Source of the DNA: Diadema antillarum | Taxonomy: Eukaryota | Assembly (NCBI RefSeq): GCF_040938485.1 | Contig: NW_027271135.1 | Coordinates: 62,001-126,000 of the forward strand | DNA length: 64,000 nucleotides | Direction of reading: 5' to 3' | In this document: positions 36,110-48,508 of the stretch, piece by piece | Numbering within the stretch: position 1 is the stretch's first letter | How the letters are laid out: each line of letters opens with the position of its first letter | Made by a program: the position numbers and the translations under genes | Notes under the pieces: generated by a model | Database searches by the model: none | Told to the model about the DNA's origin: nothing | Seen by the model: the letters and a program-made list of their open reading frames with translations, nothing else

Positions 36110-36985
36110 CTACACGGAGAGCACAATGTTGGTTGTGAGGAGAGAGGAGCTCTTTTTCTCTTCATTGATATCTAATTATGTCGATTTAATGTCATAAACA
36201 TGAGTGAGCACATGAACTTTAAAGACAATGACAAATTGCACTTTTTTTCAAAATTTGAGTGTCACATGAAGAAAAATGAGGGAACGATGAATATCTCAAT
36301 GAATAGATGAGATTATAACTTTTAACATGTCCACCTGTCTGATGACCTGGTCACTTCCACAAAAGCCAACCCACACAATCCTTTTTTCTGTTTGTTTTTC
36401 AACACATAGCTTGCAGCGTCAAACCATGTCTTTTTACGAAGAGAGAAAAATAAAGTTACCGACAACGTGGCCGTGTTGAAAGTTATGGACCACAAAAGGT
36501 TAGAAGAAACCCTAAACACACACCTGCAGTCGTGCAGGCTGACCTGTTAATTTTACCACTTTCATTAACAGACCTCATCCATTCAGTGAGACATTCATTC
36601 CGCTTGAAAGATTCATCTGATTGGAATGTCAACTGGATAGACGTTCATTTTGTCCCAATCAGTTGCAATTTACCTGTTTGATGAGACTTTGGCTATTTGT
36701 AGCGATCGATGTGAAGAAGCTTACAGATCCAGTAGGTGAAATCTTATCAAACAGATAAATCGCAACTGATTGTGACCAAAAAAAAGAATGAACTTCTATC
36801 CAGTGAAACATTCATTGTTGCTTCACGATGACACTCAAACTTGGTAAAACGTACAATTTGTCATTTTTGTCTTGTTTGAAGTTCATGAGCTCAGTCATGC
36901 CTGACATTTGTCAATCTGATTAGGTATCAATGGAAAGAGGAAGAGTTCTTCTTTCCTCCCAACCAACATTGCGCTCTCCATACAA
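36110..36985. mobile_element. Foldback-like element with long imperfect TIRs and an inner inverted pair
   Basis: ggagagcacaatgttggttg (~36115) pairs with caaccaacattgcgctctcc (~36960-36980). An inner inverted repeat pairs ~36632-36690 with ~36740-36805. Confidence 0.6.
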
Positions 36986-37586
36986 TACCATAGCTGAAAA
37001 TCATGAAATAGTAACCCTCTTAATTTGGATTACCTTTTTTTATACGCACTGTAGATTCTTACAAAAATAGCACATTCGTAGATGTGACAACAAATTAGTC
37101 GTTTGGTAAGTCATTTGGGACGCATTTTTTTTTTCAGAATAAGAAAATTTATAAACACAATCATACACTGTAGATGATGTTCTGTCTGATGACAAAGTAA
37201 AATTCACGCAATCATATTGTTTTACTCCCTTCGATGCACAGGTTTACATAGAGATTATATAAATTTTCATTCAAGCTTCAAGCTCTATACCTCGAGGCTA
37301 AATCTGCGGTATAGACATATGAGGTTGATTTACAAACATTTTGTTTGACTTGATTTATGGACTTTGCCTTTGGTTATCACATTTGCCTGTGTGCATTTTC
37401 ATATTCACTTCATGATAATCAATGTGATCAAAGAGTCGAGTCAATCTTTGTTCACACACCATTTGTACTGCGTATACGTGTATGTGTGGGGAGCACTATA
37501 CAGCACAAGCTAGGAACAATGTAAAAAAAAAATACATTTTCATGCAAACACTGCAGGCAATGGCAGGGGACGTAGTTTTAATCCCG

Positions 37587-37947
37587 CAGAGCTACCAAGT
37601 CTCACGCATTCTGCGTGAGACTCAAGCATTTAGGGGCCATCTCACGATCTCACGCATGGCACCCATTCCTCTCACGCATCGGGCCAAGTCTGCCACTTGG
37701 GCCCATAATAATGAGCATAGCTCAAAAGATTGAAGTGATAGTTGCAAATGAAGGTATATTTCCCTTTTGTCTCCCCAAATACACCTGATCGCACCATTAA
37801 GAGCTAAAAATTGAAAAAGCTCTGTACAGTGGGAGGCCACAGGGGGAAAAACCCCTCCCACACCCTCGCTCGCGCGCATAATCGCATGCCGAGATGCCGA
37901 GTCATGAAAATCTCACTCATAAATTTTTTTTGAACTTGGCATCCCTG
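37587..37947 (-). mobile_element. hAT-like non-autonomous element with 6-bp TSD
   Basis: cagagctaccaag...cttggcatccctg flanked by atcccg/atcccg; same family as 48662-50780. Confidence 0.75.
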
Positions 37948-38054
37948 ATCCCGTCCAATTTCAAGTAAAATAGTTGAGCTGTCTTTTACGACCACCAGGT
38001 CGAAATCTATCTATAAAAGTTGCTTCCATATAGGGTCTACACTCACAGTCCAAC

Positions 38055-38083
38055 CAGGGAGGTGGAAGTGTTCCACCTCCCTG
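38055..38083. mobile_element. 29-bp TIR-only element with 7-bp TSD
   Basis: gtccaac|cagggaggtggaa-gtg-ttccacctccctg|gtccaac. Confidence 0.65.
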
Positions 38084-38907
38084 GTCCAACAGTATAAAGG
38101 CGGTTGTACAAGTCACTGTTCAGCAGAATTTCACTTATTAAGTCTGCATAAATCTCAAGTTTGAAGTACGTTAAATGTTTATATAAACTCCTCAAAATAA
38201 GTTCTGCAATAAAGTTTGATATATCATATTTCTCTTATACCTGCATTATCTTCATTAAACATGACGTCATAAGAAAGCCTGATTGATTATCTTTGAATGA
38301 CATCTCACTTGCCGTGATTGGGTGTTCTTGGAATATGCAAAATAGTTGAGTATGGGGACAGATCAAAGGTGAAAAGTCGCAACAATTCTGCTATTTATAA
38401 CGTACAGTTTTGACGAAAAAGGCCACAGGAATAAGGAAAGCTGAAATGAACTTTCAAAAACTCCTATTTCCTTGAAATAAGATGACTTTTTGGTCAACCT
38501 TTATGTTTAATTTCAATCTGCAGATACTACTGCAGTTTTTAATTCCTGGATGAAGCCTGGAATCTAATGATAATTTCACAATGCATTCTTTTCAAGCACA
38601 TTCCTTCCGTGCAACGACAAAGCAAATGGGAACTCTACACTGTTTGACATAATACAGTATGTTTGCTCTATTTCGCAACATTTCACACTTGACCTCTCCT
38701 CATACTCAGTCATACTGTGCATTCCAGGAATGCATAATGTAAACAAGCGAGTTGTCGTTGTAAAGAAAATAAATCAGGTTTTCATATAATGTCACATTTG
38801 AATAAAATGATGTAGTTTTAAGAGAAATATGATACATCAAATTGAACTTGGAGAACTTTTTTTGAGGAGTTTGTAATCTTATGCATGAGGATATAGTAAT
38901 TTATATG

Positions 38908-38910
<3 letters not shown>

Positions 38911-38958
<48 letters not shown>
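38911..38958. repeat. (AT)n microsatellite
   Basis: Direct reading. Confidence 0.9.
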
Positions 38959-39003
38959 TGCTTTCTAATTAATTTCAAGATATTTAAAAATGTTGATTTT
39001 TAC

Positions 39004-39247
39004 CCTGTGGCGCTCCAGTGTGAATTGTTAGTACATTGGTGTCTGTGAAGTCCTCAAACACTGCTGCTGTGATTGGCTGATCGTTGTAGGTGATAAGACT
39101 TGACTCATGGCCATAGAGAGTCTTGCATTCAGTCAACAGCTGGTCCAGGGAAGCCGCTTCCACCTCTCCAAGTCTTCTCCTGTCTTTGCCATCGTCTTGT
39201 AGAATGATAAACGACTTCACGGGGCCTTCTGCAATCGTTTGTCGCTT
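39004..39247 (-). CDS. Putative NLR exon 2: beta-grasp-like (CIDE-N/PB1-like) domain
   Basis: tattcag| acceptor (phase 0), G|gtaaaa donor (phase 1). It encodes KSFIILQDDGKDRRRLGEVEAASLDQLLTECKTLYGHESSLITYNDQPITAAVFEDFTDTNVLTIH. The phases link 40146 to 39247 and 39004 to 34983. Confidence 0.65.
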
Positions 39248-39608
39248 CTGAATACATGAAATAGTGGTCGATTTGAATGAATGAATGAATGAATTTGTTT
39301 TAAGTGACCGCTGAGGAAGAAGTGGATGGTATAAAATAAAAGCAAGCAGCCACGGCTTGCCCCTCCCAGCCCACCTTTTTTTTTTTTTTTGTGGGGGGGG
39401 GGGGGGAGGCATAATAACCACTTTGGGCCCCCGCTTTTAAACCCCGGAAGTGTCTCTAGAAGAATGTTTTGTTGTTTTTGCGTTCAAGCCGATTAACCCC
39501 CGAAAACGTACCTTGCAGAAAACTGCCGCTGAAGGCGTTTCTGTGTCAGCTGATGAAACGCGGAAGTGGCATCAGTATTGTAACTGCCCACCCCCCCCCC
39601 CAAAAAAA

Positions 39609-39641
<33 letters not shown>

Positions 39642-40145
39642 CTTTTAAAAACGCGGCGCCGGCATTTAGGACAATGGGGGAAGGGGTAGGTAATAAGTGT
39701 CTTGCTTATATAGGGGCAATCGCTATAGCCAGCTAGGAAAATCGAACCATGGCATATCTTGACTGATAGTCTGCGTGCTTTCATCCACTGAGTCACAACA
39801 GTTTCTCAAAACACAACGATAGCATAATATAGGACCTATCATACCCTGACAGTAGTTAAATCAAGGGAAATCACTTTCAAAGTTTTGCGGAAATTGCTTT
39901 GATTATTCTGTACCATTGAATAATTAGATGATAACTACACATTAGTTACAATGTCCTATTGAGCTGCACTGATTACGAATATCATAAACACAAACTCACA
40001 CCATGGTGAATCACATTCATAAAATCTTGTGAATGAATTATGCATCTCTGTGCGCATAAATAGGCCCACATAGTATTAAGCACCAAAATGAATGTATGAA
40101 TGATGAGAAATTACATAAAGTAGACCCAGTTTCATTAAAACTTAC

Positions 40146-40307
40146 GAAACGCCTGGATCTTGAAAAGGAAAGAGACCTCCTCAGCCGAGAGAGCCTCCCT
40201 CTTCCAGCCGAGGTTTGGCCGGCAATGAGGTCTGTCTGCTCCGCTTGTTGCTCCCCTCCTGGAACATGAGGCGACGATTTCTGGCTTCGAGAAAATCTGT
40301 TTCCCAT
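40146..40307 (-). CDS. Putative NLR first coding exon: MGNRFS myristoylation motif + polybasic segment
   Basis: ATG in good context (gagATGg); 54 codons to |gtaagt (phase 0); contains RGRLSRLRRSLSFSRSRRF. Confidence 0.65.
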
Positions 40308-40758
40308 CTCGTAATTCTATAGATTGATCGACTCAGTCACCATGGTAACAGTGGCTGTTCCTTCATGAAAACGACGTGTTACAACTTTTTTTTTCCTTGT
40401 TATGATCACGATAACATCCATCTGGTTTTTGGAAATTTTGGATCGGAGATTTCCCTTTGTGCTCAAAAGCTGCCAACGCCCCACATACCATGTGAATGTT
40501 ACTTCGATTATGATTGTGAACATAAAGTAGCACGCACATCACCTGTATTCGCGTTTGTACGTTGTATCTCCTGTGATGATACACCGTTCATAGTTCAAAA
40601 CATGTTCTGCATGTATGGCGCTGAGCGTTTCATAGAAACTCTGGTCAGAGTCTACCTCGACGGCTCGACCGAACAAAGTCCGAGAGTACAGAGAATTCAT
40701 ATCTAATAAGTAGCTCATTAATAATCGTTAATTTTTCTTTGTCCTGAACACGCAAGGT

Positions 40759-41105
40759 CAGGCCCGTCAGTAGGATTTTTATGGGGAGTTCAGAATTAGA
40801 GTTCAGGGTTTGATCAGCTGACAAGCAAAAAAAAAAAAAAAAAAAAAAAAAAACCACAAAAAAGCTCCCCCATTCAACTTTTTTTAGTTTCTCGTGCACT
40901 TCCGAAAAAAAAAAATCAGTGCAAATTTCTGATGCCACTACAATCACCCTTTCAAACGGGGGAGGGGTGGGGGGGGGGGTCGGCGACTCATATTTTTTCC
41001 TCTTTACTTCTTTTGGGGTTTTTTTTTCGGCTGCTGGCAAATGGGGGAAGGGGGTTCCGCGGCACCCCTTGAACCCCCTCCCCCCCCCCCCCCGATAAGG
41101 ACCTG
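40759..41105. mobile_element. Short CAGG...CCTG element with G/C homopolymer core
   Basis: caggcccgtcagtagg...ccgataaggacctg; flanks aaggt/aagat (5 bp, one mismatch). Confidence 0.45.
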
Positions 41106-42777
41106 AAGATATACTTTTTATATATCCTGCGATAAAACACATACAAGTACATCGTGTCTATTCAAGTTAACATTACGTGAAAGTATGTCGGGTACAGGCC
41201 CGTATTTCAAAATTGGAAAAAGTCCTTTCTGAGGGGGCTGATTAAACCAAACAGGGTATGGTCTGCAGGGGCCGCGTTATGCAGAAAATTTTTCGGGCCC
41301 GGAGGGTAGGCAAGAACAATCTTTGAGGAAAACGAGAATTTTAAGAGTTGAAATTCAACGATCTGAAATATCTATAGGCCTAAGATACGATCGTTATGGT
41401 AGGCCCTCTATAATGCTGTATAGGCCTATGTCACGCATACAAGTCAATGTTTCTGACATTCTGAACTTTTTTTTAAATCAAAGCGAGTTCTCGATGTGAG
41501 CTGTTTTAGAGAAATTTTTCTCTTTATCTCGCCCATCCCCATCCCCCCACCCACTCTCTCTAGCTCTCTCTCTCTCTCTCTCTCTCTCCCCTCTGAGGCG
41601 AGCCTCATGCACTACAAAAGTACTCTGTAGCAGCCGGTCACACTGCCAAAAGATCGCTATATTAATCGAGATCGCGAAGTTTTGCCAGTGTGACAGCGGC
41701 GGCTAGTGAGACTTGCAAGATATCATGAATGCGAGATACATTCCAGCTGTAATCGTACGACAGAAAGAAGCATTCACGATAAAGATAATGCGAAAAATAT
41801 GCTAGCAAACAGGAAAAAGTACATAGTAATTACGTTCTGTACAGTGATAAAGAAATGAAATATGCCTATAAGTATACCTTGTTTACATTTTAGAACTCCA
41901 CAGCTAAGTTCTCATCAGCTTTTCGACAAAAATGGACTTTATAAAACTTAACAAATAACTTCTGTCAGTTTTACATGTTTTTACCGTTGTACCAAATTGA
42001 GATTTAAGGAACTTTGTTTTCAGAGTACCTGTTTGCCCACAGAGTGCGGAGGTGCAAGTTCACACGTTGTTGCTGTGTAAGCAGAGCCCTTCTGCTGTGC
42101 ACCGTGAATCGAAGTCCTTCATTATCTTGCAGACAATTTAAAAAAAATAGTAGGCCCCAGTCACATATAAACACGGGTCCTGTATCTACACAGTGATCCG
42201 GGGAGATCCGGGGAGATCGGGGATAGTTTCGACCTCGATATGTGTCGACGAGCGTTGATGACTGTACACACAGTATCAACGCGGCAGCTACACGGATATT
42301 AAGGCCGGAAGAGCGCGGTGTCTACACACGGACAAACACGGCATCTACACGAATCAACACGGCAGCTACACGGCAGCCACACGGACCATCCCGGATTGCT
42401 CTGCCAACACGGCAATCCCTGGATGACACCGAATGTTTTTGACCTCCAAAAGTTGCCGTGTTGGCCTCCTGGATGTCCCCAGATCTACACGGATATACAA
42501 AGATGTCCAAGGAGGGTCGTCCCACGAGACCGACATCCACGAGTCATGTACGGTCCACGAGACGGACATCAAAAATACAATGTAGGTCCATGAGTCATAC
42601 AACCCATGAGTGATATACGGCTCACGAGTCATACAGCCCATGAGTTCGACACTACGCACAAAAGGCTCACGAGACCAACACTAAGCAGAGAAAACCCACG
42701 AGACCGACACTACACAATATAAAGGCTCAGGAGACCGATAGTACACAAAAGAGGCTCACGAGACCGATAACACAAGT

Positions 42778-44052
42778 TATCTCTCAAATCGTAAGCAATT
42801 AACAAATATTAATGGTGTCCCATCTAAACTTAAAGAAATAAAATGTGGAGTACCACAAGGGTCTATTCTTGGGCCTCTTCTTTTTTTATTGTATATAAAT
42901 GATTTGCCGTATTCAACATATGATGTAGATTATATATTATTTGCAGATGATGACACAAGTGTATTCTGTAAAGGCACAGACCCAAAGACATTATTTTATA
43001 ATATGAATGTTCAACTTGATTGTATAAGAAATTGGTTGTCGGTAAACAAATTGATTTTGAATGTTGATAAGACCAATTATATATTATTTGGAACAAGAAC
43101 TAAAATTGACAGTAATTTGAAATTGATGTATAGAGATGAGGAAATTAAACGAATATAATTATGACATAAAATTTTTGGGTGTTTTTATTGATGATAAATT
43201 GTCCTGGAATTCTCACGTGAATCATATATGTTCAACAATATCGAAAAGTATTGGTGTTCTGTATAAATTACAATTTCTTCCACAGAATATTTTAAAGATG
43301 CTGTATTATTCGTTTGTTTCAGTTCATATAAAATATTGTAGTATTGTTTGGGGTTTTACTACAAAGAAAAATATTGATCGTATTCATAAATTACAGAAAC
43401 GCAGTATTCGTTTGATAACCAACTCTTCATATTTAGCTCCCAGTAAGCCATTATTTCTTAAGATGAAAACTTTACCTGTTCAAGAATTTATTTCTTTGGA
43501 AAGTATGATTTTTATGTTTAAAGTTTCCAACAATGTTCTTTCTGAAGTATTTCACAACCATTTCACTTTGCATTGTTCTATACACAATTATAATACCAGG
43601 AATGCAAAAAAAAAAAAAATATTCACACACCATTAAACCGGATTTCAAAAACTCAATCCTCCATTTTTTACCATGGCCCTATTCTTTGGAATACTCTTCC
43701 TCCAACAGTCAAGAGTAGTAAGACCTTATGTCAATTTAAAAGGCTTTATAAAAAATATATTTTTGATGAAATGTATCTGAAACTGCAAGTATAAGTATGC
43801 ATTGTTTCCACCTCTGCCTCTTTTCTTCTCTTTTCATTGTATCTCTGACCTTTGTTTTATTAATTGAATTTGTATGATAATTGTTTAGTTGAAATGTATT
43901 GATAATTGTTTGTAGGGGATCATTTCCAACAAGCCTCGTGTGTGCTTTCTATGATCCCTCCATTCAAAATGTATAAATGTACCAAGGCAATTGTGTTTTG
44001 ATATTTGTAGATGTTATGTTTTGATATGGAAATAAATGAATGAATGAATGAA
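42778..44052 (+). mobile_element. 5'-truncated LINE (CR1/L2-clade) reverse-transcriptase fragment, frameshifted
   Basis: YLSNRKQ...CGVPQGSILGPLLFLLYINDL...LFADD...LILNVDKT...FLGVFIDDKLSW...LQKRSIRLI; ends in aataaa(tgaa)n. Confidence 0.9.
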
Positions 44053-45500
44053 CTATAGGCAAAGAAGGCCCACGAGAACGACACTAGGCAAAGAAGGCTC
44101 ACGAGACCGACACTAGGCAAAGAAAGCCCACGAGACCGACACTATAGGCAAAGAAGGCTCACGAGACCTACAGGATGAACAGCGCTATCTACATGTCAAT
44201 TACCTGTACAGGGTACAGAACTATAGAGTTCTGTGGTAAGGGTGTTCCATGAAGGGGAAAATTATACTGGCGGGTGCATTTTCGTCACGCTATCGAGCGA
44301 GAGATAGTGACTAATTGAACAGCACCGTGTACATATCAACGACATCAACTAACTATGTATTTCTACACGTGTGGTTTTTAGAGGGCAGTTCTGGCACACT
44401 ACGAGGAGCGACATTGTTACCAATCTCTCTCTTTTTTAATGAAATATTATTGTCCTCTTCATGGGGACCCCCCCCCCAAAAAAAAAAAAAAGTATGAAAA
44501 AATAATGGAGGACAAGAACGATGTATGGTTTGATTTTAGATACCATCGTGCTATTTTTAATAGGCTTTCCCAATTTCTAGACGGTGGACAGGATGTAAGT
44601 TTTTCCCCCTTTTTCTTTCTCGCTTCACTAGTTTAGCATTCCTTATTAGGTAGCATATCCTCCTGCTTATACCCGCCTGCTTAGAGCTCAATTTGTAATT
44701 TTTTTCTGTAACTATGTTTCATGACATTTCGAAGGATGAAAACGTCTTATATCGCAGCGATTCCCCTCGATTTGTGGCTTGCATGTGTACAACAATTATT
44801 CTCCTCAAAACGGTTCATTTTTCATGAAGTAGAATAGCTGTTTTCATGAATGCATGTTCTTTTTTCGAATCCTTAAAGCTACCTTAATGGACAATTATAT
44901 CATTTTCTGTAAATAATGTACTAAATCAGCACCGTTGCAGATGACTATACTCCCCTTCCATATCATGTAAAGCAAGTGTGCACTGCAACATTGACCATTT
45001 TGTGAAATATTTTCTTGTAAGCTTCCTTTCACACCTGGGTATCATTCTGGTTGGTTGCTCTGAATGTTCCGAATATTTCGTTTTATTTTTTTCCTAAGCA
45101 GGTGTATTTACCGGTATATGTTTTGCGGAAAGGGAAACGAGGGTGTTTTGGCATTTTCGAAATTAATGTTGTAAAACATCTCATGCACTTTTACTGAATT
45201 TTGTTTATTTTTTCACAAACACTCAAACGCGCAAGCGCAAGTAAAAATTTTGAACAGTTCAGGGGGCGAGGGAGGGCAATTGACGAAGTGCATGAGACGG
45301 GGTAATCCCCTCGCAACCCTCCTTTTCCATCTCTCATATTCTCCTTATGCCATTATCTGGACACCCTATACAATTACTTGGTCTATAGGTGGCGCTGTTC
45401 ATCCTGTCGATCTCGTGGGCCTTCTTTGCCTAGTGTCGGTCTCGTGAACCTCGTTTGCCTATGTAGTGTCGGTCTCGTGAGCCTCTTTTGCCTAGTGTCG

Positions 45501-45860
45501 GTTTGTTTGTTTTGTTTGTTCATTTCCATCAGAGAATATGGCTGGATAGCCCTTATTCAGCTACGTTAAGCTGGTCTTCCATGGGGTCCAGTTGGATGTG
45601 AGGTGGGACCACTTCACCGGGTTAAACACCCTGCTCTTTGCGATGATTGAATGAAGCGGGATCTTTTACGTACATGAGTTGTTACTCTCTTATACACGGG
45701 ACCTCCATTTTATGTCCTATCCGAGGGACAGAGTGTTTTGCCTCTTGCTAGAGGGGACGGTATGCTTACACACAACATTGCTCAGTCCAGACCCGGTTTC
45801 GAACCCGGGCCCTTAGGATTGTGAAGCAGACGCGCTACCGACTGAGCCAACTCACTGCCC
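45501..45860 (-). mobile_element. tRNA-derived SINE
   Basis: The minus-strand head has A-box TGGCTCAGTCGG and B-box GGTTCGAAACC, followed by a non-tRNA body and a (CAAA)n tail. Confidence 0.85.
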
Positions 45861-45937
45861 TCAAGCGTAGTGTCGGTCTCGTGGGCTATTATATAGTTTT
45901 GCATAGAGTCGGTCTCGTGAGCCTTGTATGTGTATAG

Positions 45938-45994
45938 CAGAAGCGGATCTAGAGGGGGGGGGGGGGGGGGGGGGTTGCAACCCCCCCCCCCCAA

Positions 45995-46067
<73 letters not shown>

Positions 46068-46278
46068 CGGGGACCATTTTTTTTATCTTATTTTTTTTTT
46101 AACTTGTAATTTTATTTTTGGCAATGACCTCTATACCAAAAATAGTGGTGTTTTAGATGCAAGAAAACGCCATTTTCACACAGATTTTCAAAAATTATCC
46201 CTACTGTGGGAGGGGGAAACCCCCCTCCCACACCCTCCCCCCCCCCCCCCCCCTTTATAAAAACTAGATCCGCCCCTG
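45938..46278. mobile_element. Short CAG...CTG element (gcggatctag TIR) with homopolymer/microsatellite core
   Basis: cagaagcggatctag...ctagatccgcccctg; flanks tatag/aatag. Confidence 0.55.
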
Positions 46279-47593
46279 AATAGTGTCGAACTCGTGGGCT
46301 GTATAACTCGTGGGCTATAGTTTTGCATATAGTGTCGATCTCGTGAGCCTTGTATGTGTATAGTGTCGAACTAGTGGGCTGTATAACTCGTGGGCTTATT
46401 TTACTTGATGTTGGACTCGTGGGCTTTCAGTGTCGAACTCCTGGGATGTATAACCTATATTATAGTGGGCTGTATGACTTTTGAGCTGTATGACTCGTCG
46501 GCTGTATCTTGTGAGCTGTATATGAGTTGTTGGCTGTATGACTCATTGGTGTAGGTCTCGTGACGTGCACCCATTCAAATGTCAAAGTCGTAGACACGGA
46601 TCTCTCCCTGGACCACCCCAGATCAGATCCGGGGTGGTCCGGGGTGATCCGGGATGCCGTGTGACTGATGGGGCGCAGTACTGGTTGAGGTGACGGTTCA
46701 GCTTTTAAAGGGACTGTAATAAATGGTTGAGTTGAGGATTTAGCTTTGAGAGTTTTGCGAGATATTCAGTTAGAAAATACTCTATGAAATGCTAAAGAGC
46801 AAGCAATTCGAAGGGGAATTGATATTTCATTAGTTTTGAAGCGACTGAGATATCCAAAAATAAGGTAAAACAAAGAAATTCTAATAAAGTCTTGGCTTGT
46901 CGCACTTTATTAGTAATGCTTTTTGGATACAAAACTCATCTCAGCCATTTCAAGACCAATTTTCATCAAATAAACTTTGAATTCCTGTTATTAAATGCAT
47001 GTTCTTTCATATTTCATAAGATGTTTCTCATTATCTCACAAACGCACACATACACACACATACACACACACACCCGCAAAGTTGGAAACCTGCATCCCTA
47101 TCTGAGCCCAAACTATAGGTCCTACCATCCCTATTAGACGCATTGCGAGATAACCACCTTATAAAGAACATACAATTCTAAGGGGAATTGAAAGTTTGTT
47201 GATGAAAATTGGTTTTGAAATGACGATAAGATATTCAAATACAAGGCAAACCAAAAAGATCCCAAGAAAACTCATGGCCTTTCACATTTTATGAGGATCG
47301 CTTTCCTTTTTTTTTAGATTGCCTATATATCTCAAAACTAAACTGTGAAATCCTCTAAGATTTGATGTTCTTTCATATTTCAGAAGTTTCTCATTATCTC
47401 ATCAAACACACACATTGTTGGAAATCTGCAGCCCCATCTATACCAAAATTGTATAATCCCTGTAAAATCAAAATACTTTTTTTTCTGAATTTTGTAACTA
47501 AAAAAAAAAATGATAGGGCCTGGTATCTTGATCTGGATCTGGATGATTCACACTACATGTATTGTATTCTTGTACGCTGAAAAACTCTCGACT

Positions 47594-47638
47594 TGACGTC
47601 ACGTGTGTTACCAAAATTAATTAACAACGCGCATGCGC
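47594..47638 (+). promoter_or_regulatory. SF1 promoter motifs: CRE (TGACGTCA) overlapping an E-box (CACGTG), and an NRF1-type GCGCATGCGC
   Basis: The motifs lie at 47594-47601, 47600-47605 and 47629-47638, ~300 nt upstream of the SF1 ATG in a CpG-rich patch. A YY1-like GCCATATTT lies at ~47879-47887. Confidence 0.5.
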
Positions 47639-47943
47639 ACGCTTATCGCATTTTCATCGTGCATCGTTTATCATCCGTCGTTTTCTCTTCGCAGATTCGA
47701 TACCGATCACTGGTAGGAGATTGCCACGCTCGATCACGAAGGGCAATCGACAACAAACGATAGCCGCTCAACGGCGTACCTCCTTGTTCATACACTCTAC
47801 ACACTAGAATCGTAAAACGTGAGTACTATCGGTCTATACTATCGCCATATCGATCTCTTTCTGCAGCGTGAAGGCGGCGCCATATTTGCAGGGAACTACT
47901 GAGACCCTCTGGATATCATCTTAGCAATAATTAAGTAACGGCC

Positions 47944-48196
47944 ATGAGCTGGAAGTCGGCAGGAACGGGTGCTAACAGCGTTCCACTAGGAACGTTGCAC
48001 CCGGTTTTCTCAGGTGGAGTAAAACCATCTGGAAATGACTCGATGTTGAATGCCGCTCGTGAAGCGGCTGCGAGAGTCACCGCTAACATATTGAAACGTG
48101 ACCACACTGGCATGACCCCCGGTAGCTCTGCGGGCGTACCTGCACCAACCGCTGCCCACCATCCACTGCCTGGGCATGGGCGATCAGGACTGGAGC
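47944..48196 (+). CDS. SF1: Splicing factor 1, coding exon 1
   Basis: MSWKSAGTGANSVPLG resembles the SF1 N-terminus MATGANATPL; donor C|gtaagt (phase 1). Confidence 0.8.
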
Positions 48197-48382
48197 GTAA
48201 GTCAACTTGTTCACATGTAATCACCTGTCTTGTTGGACCTCTAACGATAAGAACGACAAATTCATATTCTCAAAGTATTAGGTTTTCACTACACTTCATT
48301 CTCATCGACCTTTTAGACTTTGTGGTTTCTAAAGTCTAGTTCTTCTAACACAAGTTCTACTAACTGTTAGAGTTCTACTGTA

Positions 48383-48508
48383 CCGTAGTTATGGGTAAAC
48401 TCGGCCTAGCGGGTAAAGTCGGCCGCCAGCGCGCACAGTACAATTTTATGTACTGTGCGCGCTGGCGGCCGACTTTACCCACTAGGCCGAGTTTACCCAT
48501 AACTACGG
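48383..48508. mobile_element. 126-bp near-perfect hairpin MITE (Tc1/mariner-type, TA TSD)
   Basis: ta|ccgtagttatgggtaaac...gtttacccataactacgg|ta; ~60-bp arms with one mismatch. Confidence 0.8.

Larger units (their letters stand above)
42153..46676. mobile_element. Composite foldback-like element with inverted minisatellite arms
   Basis: Arrays of cacgagaccgacacta... at 42520-42775 and 44053-44170 face their reverse complement gtgtcggtctcgtg at 45407-46560. An inner TIR caggatgaacagcgc lies at 44171 and 45406. Termini are ggccccagtcaca and gtgactgatggggc. Confidence 0.5.

Noticed and set aside
45785-45860. tRNA gene
   Set aside because: A and B boxes are present, but the acceptor and anticodon stems do not pair cleanly and the sequence continues into a SINE body and (CAAA)n tail.
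42520-46560. Regularly spaced ~28-bp repeats resembling a CRISPR array
   Set aside because: The context is eukaryotic, the units are degenerate tandem copies without unique spacers, and there are no cas genes. This is a minisatellite.
47819-47891. SF1 5'-UTR intron (gtgagt at 47819; AG at 47866 or 47891)
   Set aside because: The signals are plausible, but the intron would be only 48-73 nt and the TSS is unknown, so it is not annotated.
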